A stretch of DNA of 63,679 bases, counting the filler, from Octopus bimaculoides (Eukaryota), in assembly GCF_001194135.2 (NCBI RefSeq). It is 5 parts of 4 records of this genome, joined end to end, with 100 filler letters (N's around TTAATTAATTAA, not from the genome) between each part and the next. Parts side by side here need not be neighbours in the genome. Positions count along the whole stretch, not along the records: positions 1 to 18,163 come from NC_068984.1; positions 18,264 to 25,886 come from NC_068981.1; 3 more parts are not named here. The stretch is one strand, 5' to 3'. Below the pieces are notes generated by a model, which was given only the letters and a program-made list of their open reading frames with translations, did not search any database and had not been told where the DNA came from. A program made the position numbers and the translations under genes. Every line of letters starts with the position of its first letter. Positions within the stretch are counted from its first letter, which is position 1. Positions 12,028-23,060 of this stretch are shown one piece after another.

Positions 12028-12650
12028 CAGCTTGACAAAGCTTTGTGCACATCATCAAATTTACTATTTGTTGTTTGACCATGAGAACAGCAGTTCTTAC
12101 AGGACTATGAACAACGGTTCTTTGATAAAGTGTCTGTGACAGTGCAGAAATATGTGTCCTACAGTCTAATTATGTCATTTATAGCCCGGTGGTATGTTTT
12201 CATGCACATTATCTATAAGGAGAATTTCTCTCTCAAGACAGTTTCTGCAGAGAAGGTTTTTCTATATTTGAGTGTACACATATGATATAAATATAATTGT
12301 ACACACCTATATTTCACCCATTGCAGTTTTCTGTGTTCCTAATCAATTTTAGCATGACAAAGCTTTGAACACATCAGCAAATATACAATTTTCTATTTAA
12401 ATAGAAGAACTATTTGTAGTTCTTAGTGGGCTGTATGCAATGGATTCAGAGTCTGTAGCTTAGGAGGAATAACAATGCAAAAATACTATATCCTATAGTC
12501 TGATGATGTCATTTGTAGTCCAGTGTTGTCATTTCACACTCACATAGTCTATAAGGAGAATTTCTCTCTTGAGACAGTTTCCACAGTGAAGGTTTTTTCC
12601 ATGTTTGAATGTACATGAATGTATTAGATACAACAATACACACTGTATAT
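12028..12650. repeat. Old ~322 bp tandem duplication
   Basis: TGACAAAGCTTTG..CACATCA at ~12033 and ~12355; TCTATAAGGAGAATTTCTCTCT..AGACAGTTTC at ~12212 and ~12549. Confidence 0.85.
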
Positions 12651-14789
12651 TACTGTATATATATATATATATATATATTGTGTTTTTCAGTCAAGACAGC
12701 TTAGTGCACCTGTCCTTCTATGAATGATAACCATGTAACCATGTGGAAAATGAAGGTGAAAATAATCCACTTTTATAGAATAAGTAACAATTTAAACTAG
12801 TTCCATAATTTAGTAACTGAATAACAAATTAGTTGCTCCGATGGAAATTGGCAGAAGACGATTAAGTATATGGATGTTGTACTACTATTACTACTACTAC
12901 TACTACTACTACTACTACAGCATCAACTTCTTCACCTAAAATCCATATTCTATGCTGGTATGAGTTAGATAGTTTACTTGTACTTATGGTGGCATTCACC
13001 TGGGGTGCATTGAACCAGCCCTGGTCAATGAATTCACCACAACCCTTGTGAATGCTGACCACACCTGACAGTTGGCCACAGTTGAGGTTGTAATGGATAC
13101 CCACTCTCGGTTCCACTGAGCATGGACACAGTAGCCATAGTCCTCATTTGCTGCTAAAGTGTAGGATTCATGTTCAATGTTTCAGTGGGAATACAAGTTC
13201 ACATATTTCCCCAGTCGCATGCATATACAGTTTGGCATAGTGTGCTCTATAGCAGCTCATCTTGCTGTCAACTTCACTGATCAAGTTACCACCAGATGTA
13301 TTGGAGCAGATGTAGCTGGGGTTTGAACTGAGTTCTAGAGACGTGCCTTAACAAAAACTAAGGGGTGCCTCACTCTTAGTGGTCTTCCAGCATGCCAGGC
13401 ACCAACCTGGAATTTCTGAGGGCCCATGCTATTGCTAGATAGTTGCTGAACCTACACTAAGTTCATTCGTCCTTTTGATATGTCTTGTTTTTAGTCTTGT
13501 TGTGTTTCTAGCAATCCTCCTCACTAGGCAAGCCTAGTGATGGTGCAGGTTTAGCTGCCAATGACCTGACCATGCAACAGATTGTACTGGAATCTGTATT
13601 GTCAGTTGCACTCATGAGAGACTTCACACGTGACCTGACAAAGAGTTAGATCGTTTGACAGGATCCAACAACTCTGAGGACTGCATTCTGCTCTAATGTT
13701 TGCTTTGATATGGTTCCTACGGTTAGAAAAGGTACCCTTCTTAACACCAACTATTCTTCAGTGTTTACTGGATGCATTTCTCATGGCACCAGCTCTAGTG
13801 AGGCCACCATGCAGCTCGCAGGACTAAGATCTCCTTCAACTGAGATGAGTCACAAAAGCAAGGAAGTTGGTTTCATGCTAAGAGATAAAGGGCTAAAGTA
13901 TGAGAAAATAGATCAGAAGAAAATAAAGTTCTCTCTGTAGAAGAGCTACATAGCTACTTATGCTATAGAAAAGTGGGTGGAAATAACCAGGGTGGAGACG
14001 TAAAGAAACAAAGATAGTGGTGATGAAGTGTCAGCTTGGGGCCTTAAGTTACAAAGTGAACAGAAGTGAGTGTGGTAAGAAGAATTTGGAATGAAGGTGG
14101 GTAAATGCTTCAAGAGTGTATAGGGAGAATGAAGGATGGGGGTGATTATAATGAAGAATAGATTTTGAGGGATGGAAGGTAGGGAAGAATGGGTTTGAAG
14201 GGTGGGCCGACAATGCAGGAAAAAAAGGCAAGGATGAAGAGCAGCAAAATAACAATAATGGTATAGTAATGGACAGGAGAAGGATAACAGAAAGAGAGAT
14301 ATAAGATGTGTCGAGGGTGATCAATATAAAACATGGGTGGAGAGGACAAAATGAAGAATGATGTATGGATAACTACTGAAATGCTTCTGGGTAGTAAGAA
14401 AGATAAATGGAGAAACTATGAAAGTAGCAAAAGGTATTAACAAAACAATTATAGACTGTTACAATAGAAAATATCATTACACAACAGATTGATGCAATAT
14501 GTCAAGCTGAAAGAAATACTTTAATTATGAACCAACAATGCCAGGTTTGAAGAAGCAATTAATTTGAACTGATGACATTAACATCATCAGTTAATGTCTA
14601 CTTTTCCTTGCTTGCATGGGTCAGATAGAGTTTTTTTAAGGCAAATTTCCAATAGCTGTATGACATCTCTATGGCCAATCATTACTTGTTACAAGCAACA
14701 TAATATTTCATCATCATCAGACGTGTTGTTCACAGAAGACTAGAAACAAGCAACATTGCTTGTATGATGATGCATGTGGTATGGCAAGG

Positions 14790-14840
<51 letters not shown>

Positions 14841-14892
14841 TATATTTATATACACATACACTCATACACACACACAATGGATTTATATATGT

Positions 14893-15055
14893 GATGGGTT
14901 TCTTTCAGTTTCTGTCTATCAAATCCACTCACAAGGCTTTGGTTGGCCTGGGACTTTAGTAGAAGATACTTGCCCTAGGTGCCACACAGTGGGACTGAAC
15001 TGAAGACCACCTGATTGAAAAGCAAAGATTTTTAACCACACAGCCATGCCAGCAC
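14893..15055 (-). mobile_element. Family 2 SINE head, degenerate
   Basis: Reverse complement of the head at 20393. Confidence 0.75.
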
Positions 15056-15474
15056 TGACAACAGTACATTGCTAATTATTTATTAATACTAAAGAAGGAG
15101 TAAGTAAAGTAAACACCAGGATAATTTGAACTGGAAACATAGTCACCAAACTAGATGTTAAAATATGTCTGATCATAAAAATCCAAAATGATGAATTAGT
15201 GCAGGGAGTAACTATGTAGCCACTTGGTCTTCATAATACAGCAGCCCACTCTCTTTCAAATAAAATTCTAGAAAGAGATTGATGCATTAGATAATGCAAT
15301 CTTAGGTGCACGGGCACTGTTACAATGGAAAAAGAGGGATGGTCATAGCTGGAATATCATTGACCATAGTTCTCCTCACTTAGTCCTGACCTGGGGCTAC
15401 TCAGTAAGAACAACATTTGCATATACTTCACAATTCCTTCATCTTGATGCTATTGATGTTGATTATGATGACTG

Positions 15475-15953
15475 TTTCAAGTTATGGCACAAAGCCAGCA
15501 ATTTTGAAGGAGGTGCAAGTCAATTCATTGACAGTCGTACATGACTGGTACTTTATTTTATTTTTTTGACCCTGAAAAGATGAAAAGCAAAGTTGACCTC
15601 AGTGGGATTAGAACTCAGTATGTGATGAACCAGAAGAAATGCCACAAAACACTTTGTCAAACATACTAACAATGATGCTAGCTCACCACCTTGTTGAGGA
15701 CAATAATCTTTTCTACTAACGGCACAAGGCCTGAAATTTAGGTGGGGAGAGGGGCAGTTGATTACTTCGATACCAATGTTCAACTGGTACCTATTTTATC
15801 GACCCCAGTGCTTAACTTATATTTATTTAATTGACCCTGAAAGGATGAAAGGCAAAGTTGACCCCAGCAGAATTTGAACTCAGAACATAAAGGCAGATAA
15901 AATGTTGCTAAGCATTTTATCCTGTGTGCTAACGATCCTGCCAGCTCACCACC
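15475..15953 (-). mobile_element. Tandem family 1 SINE copies, CpG-decayed
   Basis: Reverse-complement units ending at ~15690 and ~15953. Confidence 0.8.
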
Positions 15954-16282
15954 AGTTGATGATAATAATAATGCCATCAATAATAATAATGCATCAACTG
16001 CCAGCTCAGTTTATGATAATAATGATTGGAAAAGTTTTAATACAAAAGTTAGAAGCAAAAAATGTTTACACTATAACATGTAGGATACAGAGGCATTCAT
16101 GCTTTTCTAACAGTGGCTGAAGTGTATTAATAGGATCCTCTAAATAGTCAAATGAACTGCCAGAAATAAGAGTTATATGTTCCTCATATCAAACACTAGC
16201 ATCTTAAGAAAGGAAGGCTACATTGCATAATATATTCTTAGACATACTAAAAAAGAAAACAGATGGTCTTGTCTGAAACACC

Positions 16283-16591
16283 GGATCTATTTTAAAACGG
16301 GGGTGCCAGTATTTTCTTAACGAAACACTAACGAAACACTTTGAAACTTGGGACACTGGTAGAATGTGTCATATAAAACATCTTTTACTCTTAGTCTTAA
16401 CAAAAAAAAGGAATTCGCAAGTTATTCCATGTAAAAGTTGTCGTATTTCTGTAATTTCAACCAATCACTGACGTCTATTCAGCTGAATAGAGTTTACTGC
16501 TGGGCGGTCATAAAAATGTTATTCCCTGTGACATATTTCATCCGGTTTAATCGTAATTTATACGCATATATTGTTTATATAATAAATTATG
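16283..16591 (+). mobile_element. Unclassified DNA-transposon-like repeat end (related to 59910-60240)
   Basis: Shares GGATCTA..T.AAAACGGGGG..CCAGT and TAATTTCAACCAATCACTGAC...TATTCAGCTG with the reverse complement of 60030-60240. Confidence 0.55.
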
Positions 16592-17531
16592 NNNNNNNNN
16601 NNNNNNNNNNNNNNNNNNNNNNNNNNNNNNNNNNNNNNNNNNNNNNNNNNNNNNNNNNNNNNNNNNNNNNNNNNNNNNNNNNNNNNNNNNNNNNNNNNNN
16701 NNNNNNNNNNNNNNNNNNNNNNNNNNNNNNNNNNNNNNNNNNNNNNNNNNNNNNNNNNNNNNNNNNNNNNNNNNNNNNNNNNNNNNNNNNNNNNNNNNNN
16801 NNNNNNNNNNNNNNNNNNNNNNNNNNNNNNNNNNNNNNNNNNNNNNNNNNNNNNNNNNNNNNNNNNNNNNNNNNNNNNNNNNNNNNNNNNNNNNNNNNNN
16901 NNNNNNNNNNNNNNNNNNNNNNNNNNNNNNNNNNNNNNNNNNNNNNNNNNNNNNNNNNNNNNNNNNNNNNNNNNNNNNNNNNNNNNNNNNNNNNNNNNNN
17001 NNNNNNNNNNNNNNNNNNNNNNNNNNNNNNNNNNNNNNNNNNNNNNNNNNNNNNNNNNNNNNNNNNNNNNNNNNNNNNNNNNNNNNNNNNNNNNNNNNNN
17101 NNNNNNNNNNNNNNNNNNNNNNNNNNNNNNNNNNNNNNNNNNNNNNNNNNNNNNNNNNNNNNNNNNNNNNNNNNNNNNNNNNNNNNNNNNNNNNNNNNNN
17201 NNNNNNNNNNNNNNNNNNNNNNNNNNNNNNNNNNNNNNNNNNNNNNNNNNNNNNNNNNNNNNNNNNNNNNNNNNNNNNNNNNNNNNNNNNNNNNNNNNNN
17301 NNNNNNNNNNNNNNNNNNNNNNNNNNNNNNNNNNNNNNNNNNNNNNNNNNNNNNNNNNNNNNNNNNNNNNNNNNNNNNNNNNNNNNNNNNNNNNNNNNNN
17401 NNNNNNNNNNNNNNNNNNNNNNNNNNNNNNNNNNNNNNNNNNNNNNNNNNNNNNNNNNNNNNNNNNNNNNNNNNNNNNNNNNNNNNNNNNNNNNNNNNNN
17501 NNNNNNNNNNNNNNNNNNNNNNNNNNNNNNN

Positions 17532-17655
17532 GCTATACCTGGCGTACCTTGGGTCGGGGCAAGCTTCAAGGATCGGATACCGCAAGACGGACTCGCAGTC
17601 GAGGAAAGGAAAACCGAGGTAAGGCGATTACATCTACTCGTATGCACACACCACA
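17532..17655 (+). mobile_element. Probable 3' part of the 5' LTR of a Ty3/Gypsy element
   Basis: Ends in CA immediately before a tRNA-related 12-mer and 35 nt before the gag ATG; 5' part lost in the gap. Confidence 0.55.
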
Positions 17656-17671
17656 AGCTATTTCGGCACCA
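17656..17671 (+). promoter_or_regulatory. Putative non-canonical primer-binding site related to tRNA-Phe
   Basis: AGCTATTTCGGC is the exact reverse complement of metazoan tRNA-Phe(GAA) nt 1-12 (GCCGAAATAGCT, recalled); TTTCGGCACCA equals its nt 66-76. Confidence 0.65.
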
Positions 17672-17690
17672 CGTGCAGAAATTCGCCTCG

Positions 17691-18163
17691 ATGGCAGCCA
17701 CCAAGATTAGGATCGCCAGCGATGTGATCAGGCCTTTTAATGGCGAAGGAGATGTGATGGCTTGGATACGAAAAATTAGGCTCGTTGCCAAGCTGCAAGG
17801 AATAAGCGATGTGGCGAGTCTCATGGCTCTGTACTTGGAAGGGAGCGCTCTGACCTTCTACCTAAAAATGGACGAGGAAGAAAGATTGAGTGCAGAGAAC
17901 GTCGAATGGAGGCTGAGAGAGGCATATACGGAGAGCAAGTACGCTGCCTTCGTAAAACTAGGAACGATTAGATGGGGGGGAGAACAGGTGGATGAATACG
18001 CGGCGGAAGTGCGAAGACTGGCCACGCTGGCTGGGTTTACGGGAGAAGGCCTGGACAGAGCGGCGCGGCTGGCGTTTGTAAATGGATTCTCCGACGACGT
18101 AGGGATCCGATTACAGCAGTTGCCTGGCGGGAGGAAGATGGCGCTCAGCGAGCTAGTAGCGCA
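17691..18163 (+). CDS. gag: Ty3/Gypsy Gag N-terminal (capsid) region, open until the gap
   Basis: MAATKIRIASDVIRPFNGEGDVMAWIRKIRLVAKLQ...ALYLEGSAL...EQVDEYAAEVRRLATLAG...AFVNGF; uninterrupted and GC-rich. Confidence 0.8.
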
Positions 18164-18263
18164 NNNNNNNNNNNNNNNNNNNNNNNNNNNNNNNNNNNNN
18201 NNNNNNNTTAATTAATTAANNNNNNNNNNNNNNNNNNNNNNNNNNNNNNNNNNNNNNNNNNNN
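18164..18263. other. Synthetic assembly linker N44-TTAATTAATTAA-N44
   Basis: Exactly 100 bp with a six-frame stop 12-mer; the same construct occurs four times. Confidence 0.95.
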
Positions 18264-18721
18264 CACAAAATGGAGAAAACCTCAGATTTACAAACGCATC
18301 GATTGGACCACATTTATATTGCCACTACCCGTTAATAAATTGTAGTATTCCCTAGACCATTACTAGCTCACTCTTTTACCTACAGACCTTGTAGCCCCTA
18401 GATGGTAGATAATATGCTTTTAAAATATTGGGCTTCTTGACTTTTTTCTAGGCTATGTTCCTTTTCCTTCTTCCCTTTGTTGATATTGTATACTCTTGTT
18501 TTTTACTCTAATGAAGCTCCGTGCCTTAATTCGAATGTCCTATGAAAATGAAGAACTTTATTCCCGCAATTATTTATAGACTGCATTTTGGCAACGGATC
18601 GGAAACGGCTGTAAGATATGTTACGTCACTGATTTGTTATACCATGCTTTGTATTAAAAAATAAGCTATAAATGTGGTCCAATCGATGCGTTTGTTAATC
18701 TGAGGTCTTCTCCATTTTGTG
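18264..18721 (+). mobile_element. Penelope-like terminal-repeat relic bounded by 55-bp inverted repeats
   Basis: 18264-18318 and 18667-18721 are reverse complements; contains a hammerhead-like motif. Confidence 0.6.
18505..18616 (+). ncRNA. Degenerate hammerhead ribozyme motif with long stem II
   Basis: CTAATGA-A-GCTCCGT...ACGGATC-G-GAAA-CGGCT-GTA; core G5 changed to A; quasi-palindromic stem III. Confidence 0.5.
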
Positions 18722-19474
18722 ATTATATATATATATAATATAAAATAGTATATTGACACTATATGGGTATAGTTAATGCCGGGTCCACCGGCAAAATTAG
18801 TACTATGAGTAAAGTTACCTCAATTCAAACAATTTACTAAACATACTTTAAAAGCAATAAGAAATGCCCTAAGATAAGAATGAAACACTAATTAAATCTA
18901 ACCACAAAAAATTATAAACAAAGATATATTAACTCAAAGTGGGTGCAAAAATACTATTACAATCAACAGGCTGTGCTTATATTACATTACCATCAAATTA
19001 GATTATTTCTATCAATAAATTTAATTAACTTAAAAATTATAGTAAAATAATATCTTAAATCTAAGTGGGTGCAGCCATATAATTTCGTATACCGATAGTA
19101 TATAAGGATATTTTATCCCTTAGTCGGTTATTATAACCGCTAACTCTCTTTACACTACATATATATAGATATAAACATATATTTAAAGAAGGTTGTGTAA
19201 GCTCGGAACAATGCGAGAAGGTAGAGCGTAAACTACAAAAGGAAAAGAAATCAAAGGAAAATTGCAGTTTTACTATGTACTTCCACCAAAACTACCTCAT
19301 ACATGCATACATACATACATACATACATACATACATACATACATACATACATACATACATTTATATACATACATATATATATTTAAAATCATAGGGAATA
19401 ATAAGTATTCCAGGTTATCAGGTCATTTACTCTTTTACACTTTACTAATGCAATGTAAACAATATCATTTATAA

Positions 19475-20142
19475 TATTATTACAAATTTGGGATTTTACC
19501 AATAGAATCGCAACTCCTATTTCAGGATAACTTTATTGTATGGAATACATATAGAAAGTTATATCCAATAAAATAATATAAGCATTTAAAAAACCTACTA
19601 TAAAAAACAATAAAATTATTTGAAAAAATATTTGAAAAAATCTATATAACTTACCTGTTATTAGACTGTGGGGAAAGAAGATATTTTTAATCAACGCTAC
19701 AAGTATTTCTGCGCTGGTGGGGAGTTTATAAAGGTTATACCTAATACATAAATCTAGCAGTGCGTCCTCAGGCTATTTATCTTATTGTTATTATTATTAA
19801 CGGATCAAAGTTAAAAATACATATTATAAGTTATATTAAATAGAAAAATAAGAATATGAATACAAATATAATAAAATAAAAATATAATAAAAATATATAA
19901 ATTACAAATATATTTTTTAGAAAATTAAAAAAATTAAACAAATTAAAAAAAAAACAGACTAAAAGCAGGTAAGTTATATAGATTTTTTTCAAATAATTTT
20001 ATTGTATTTTATTGCAGGTTTTTTTTAAAATGCTTATATTATTTTATTGGATATAACTTTCTATGTGTATTCCATACAATAAGTTATCCTGAAATAGGAG
20101 TTTCGGTTCTATTGGTAAAATCTCAAATTTGTAATAATAATA
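19475..20142. repeat. ~190-bp inverted repeats (19475-19665 / 19960-20142) around a hammerhead-bearing spacer; Penelope-like
   Basis: Arms align nearly base for base in reverse complement. Confidence 0.8.
19693..19775 (-). ncRNA. Hammerhead-like motif with long stem II
   Basis: Minus strand GC-CTGAGGA-CGCACTG...CAGCGCA-GAAA-TACTT-GTA-GC. Confidence 0.5.
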
Positions 20143-20392
20143 TTATATATATATATATATACGTGTGTGTATTATTTCAGAAAGCCATTTTGTAAATGTG
20201 TGCAAATACAAGAGTAGGAGATGAAGAGAATACAATATGGTAATTGTTCAGTTTGGTTAGATAAAAAAGCAAATAAAAATTAAGGGGGAGATAAGTCAAC
20301 TTTTTACACCTGTTACACAACATAAACACTGGCGAAATATGACTTCCCTCAAAAAATGAATGGTAATGAACAGATTTGCTTTTACAACGTTT

Positions 20393-20613
20393 GCAGTTGG
20401 AGTGGCTGTGTGGTAAGTAGCTTGCTTACCAACCACATGGTTCCGGGTTCAGTCCCACAGCGTGGCACCTTGGCCAAATGTCTTCTACTATAGCCTTGGG
20501 CTGACCAAAACCTTGTGAGTGGATTTGGTACACAGAAACAGAAAGAAGCCATGTGTATATATATATATAGATTTGGTGAATAAGTACCACATTTAATCTT
20601 TTGATTAAATCTA

Positions 20614-20680
<67 letters not shown>

Positions 20681-20908
20681 TGTATGTGTGTGTGTATGTT
20701 TGTGTGTCTGTGTTTGTCCCCGCAACATCGCTTGACAACCGATGCTGGTGTGTTTAGGTCCCTGTAACTTAGCGGTTCGGCAAAAAAGACCGATAGAATA
20801 AGCACTAGGCTTACAAACAATAAGTCCTGGGGTCGATTTGCTCGACTAAAGGCGGCGCTCCAGCATGGCCACAGTCAAATGATTGAAACAAGTAAAAGAG
20901 CAAAAGAG
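20393..20908 (+). mobile_element. Full-length family 2 composite SINE with internal microsatellite
   Basis: tRNA-like head TGGCTGTGTGGTAAG...GGGTTCAGTCCC, internal (TA)/(ATT)/(TG) tract, tail ending GAAACAAGTAAAAGAG. Confidence 0.85.
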
Positions 20909-21250
20909 TGCCATAATTTTCCATCAGTAACATCACCATGTGTAGTAAGGTTACACGGTGAATTACAATTTTCACAAGTGTACATATTCATAATTAGTCG
21001 ACACAGTGCCAACCACTGGTGAATGTTGTCTTCAGCTTTTCCTAATTGAATGATAGTCCCCGATTTCTTTAAGATTGATTAGTTCCTCTGCTTCTTTTAC
21101 TACTTATCTTCCCTTTAATTTTCATTTACTTTTTTTTACCTCACCAAACTGAATAATTACCTATATATATATATATATATATAAAAAATAAATGAGTATA
21201 TGCATATATACGTACATGTATGTACATATCTACATCTACATGTATATATA

Positions 21251-21505
21251 GATGCATATCTGGGTACAGGACGTTGCAAAAAAAAACGTGGACTAAATGA
21301 TAAACAGAGCACAGAAAACACACAGGCCACATAGAGAACATTTCCTTCATCAGCTGCCACCATTCTAAAACTAAGCGTTTCGAAGAGTTAGGGCAGGACG
21401 CATCGTTAGAATGGCTCTTCCCACGGACCACAAATTAAATTTGTACCATGGAGGAATGTAGTGGCGGACAGAAAACAAGACAGGAAACGTAAATAAGAAA
21501 ATTAT
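21251..21505 (-). mobile_element. Probable Penelope-like terminal-repeat fragment
   Basis: Minus strand carries CGAAAC and CTGATGAAGG motifs in a pyrimidine-rich context like the other relics. Confidence 0.35.
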
Positions 21506-22009
21506 ATGTATATATATATATATATATACATGTATACTCGCATACCTACATTCATACATACACATAGATTGCTTACATATATAGTATGATGCTTTTGCCT
21601 TAGCAATATGTTAATATTGTTAAAGCAAAAGCATGTTTACGCGCGCATACACACACGCACATACATACACAGAAACAATCACATAAACACATAACATTCC
21701 CGTTACACATATTCATAGACAGGTTAATACACATCTATGTAGACACCAGCGCGAGCAACCACAAATAACAAACAGTGCCTTACAGCATTAAAAACCATAA
21801 TAAATTCTTGAAAAAAATCAAAAATAATCGTGTACAAATAATGGTTTGTATAACGTAACTATCTGGAAGATGGTTTGTGAGATGTCAAAGTCTGTTACAT
21901 TGTGAATATAATCAATAAGGAACATGTTTTTGCTTTATTTATCGTTTTTTGAAAATATAATTAATATGAAATAAAAGAGCTTCCAAGCTACTTTCATATT
22001 GAACTTCTA

Positions 22010-22967
22010 CCATGTTATATCATCAATTTCATTCTCATCATTATCGTCATCATATCATTTCTCATAATCATCACTCGTGTCATCGTCATTCTCATTACCA
22101 TCACCACTAGTCCTCCTCCTCTCCTCCTCTCCTCCTCCTCTCCTCCTCTCCTCCTCCTCTCCTCNNNNNNNNNNNNNNNNNNNNNNNNNNNNNNNNNNNN
22201 NNNNNNNNNNNNNNNNNNNNNNNNNNNNNNNNNNNNNNNNNNNNNNNNNNNNNNNNNNNNNNNNNNNNNNNNNNNNNNNNNNNNNNNNNNNNNNNNNNNN
22301 NNNNNNNNNNNNNNNNNNNNNNNNNNNNNNNNNNNNNNNNNNNNNNNNNNNNNNNNNNNNNNNNNNNNNNNNNNNNNNNNNNNNNNNNNNNNNNNNNNNN
22401 NNNNNNNNNNNNNNNNNNNNNNNNNNNNNNNNNNNNNNNNNNNNNNNNNNNNNNNNNNNNNNNNNNNNNNNNNNNNNNNNNNNNNNNNNNNNNNNNNNNN
22501 NNNNNNNNNNNNNNNNNNNNNNNNNNNNNNNNNNNNNNNNNNNNNNNNNNNNNNNNNNNNNNNNNNNNNNNNNNNNNNNNNNNNNNNNNNNNNNNNNNNN
22601 NNNNNNNNNNNNNNNNNNNNNNNNNNNNNNNNNNNNNNNNCCTCCTCCTCCTCCTTCTCCTTCTCCTCCTCCTCTCCTCCTCCTCCTCCTCCTTTTCCGC
22701 TTATTTTCCTCCTTCCCCACTTCGTCATCATCATCATTGTCATCGTCGATCATCGTCGTTGTCATCTTCCTGCCCATCCTCTATCCCCCTCCTCACCCAT
22801 CGTTCGTTCCGTCATCATTTCCCCCTCCTCCTCTCCATGATCACCATCACCATCACCATCACCATCACCATCACCGTCGTTAATCGGTGTCATCCTCTCC
22901 CCGGCTCCCTATCGTCAAAAACATCATCATTGTCAACATCGATGTCGCCATCTTCACCATCTCCCTC

Positions 22968-23009
<42 letters not shown>

Positions 23010-23060
23010 CCATGATTATCATTATCGTCATCATCATCGTTATCATTATCATCTTCCTTG
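22010..23060. repeat. Low-complexity (CCT)n / (CAT)n / (CAC)n tracts around a gap
   Basis: Directly visible trinucleotide repeats. Confidence 0.95.

Noticed and set aside
17661-17675. Canonical tRNA-Phe PBS (TGGTGCCGAAA) on the minus strand
   Set aside because: It would require an LTR overlapping the sense gag ORF in antisense; the plus-strand 5'-tRNA-complement reading fits the element geometry and explains 5 more bases.
21342-21386. Permuted hammerhead-like motif (GAAAC ... CTGATGA) on the minus strand
   Set aside because: Both core halves are present, but stems I and III do not pair convincingly; kept only as a low-confidence PLE relic.
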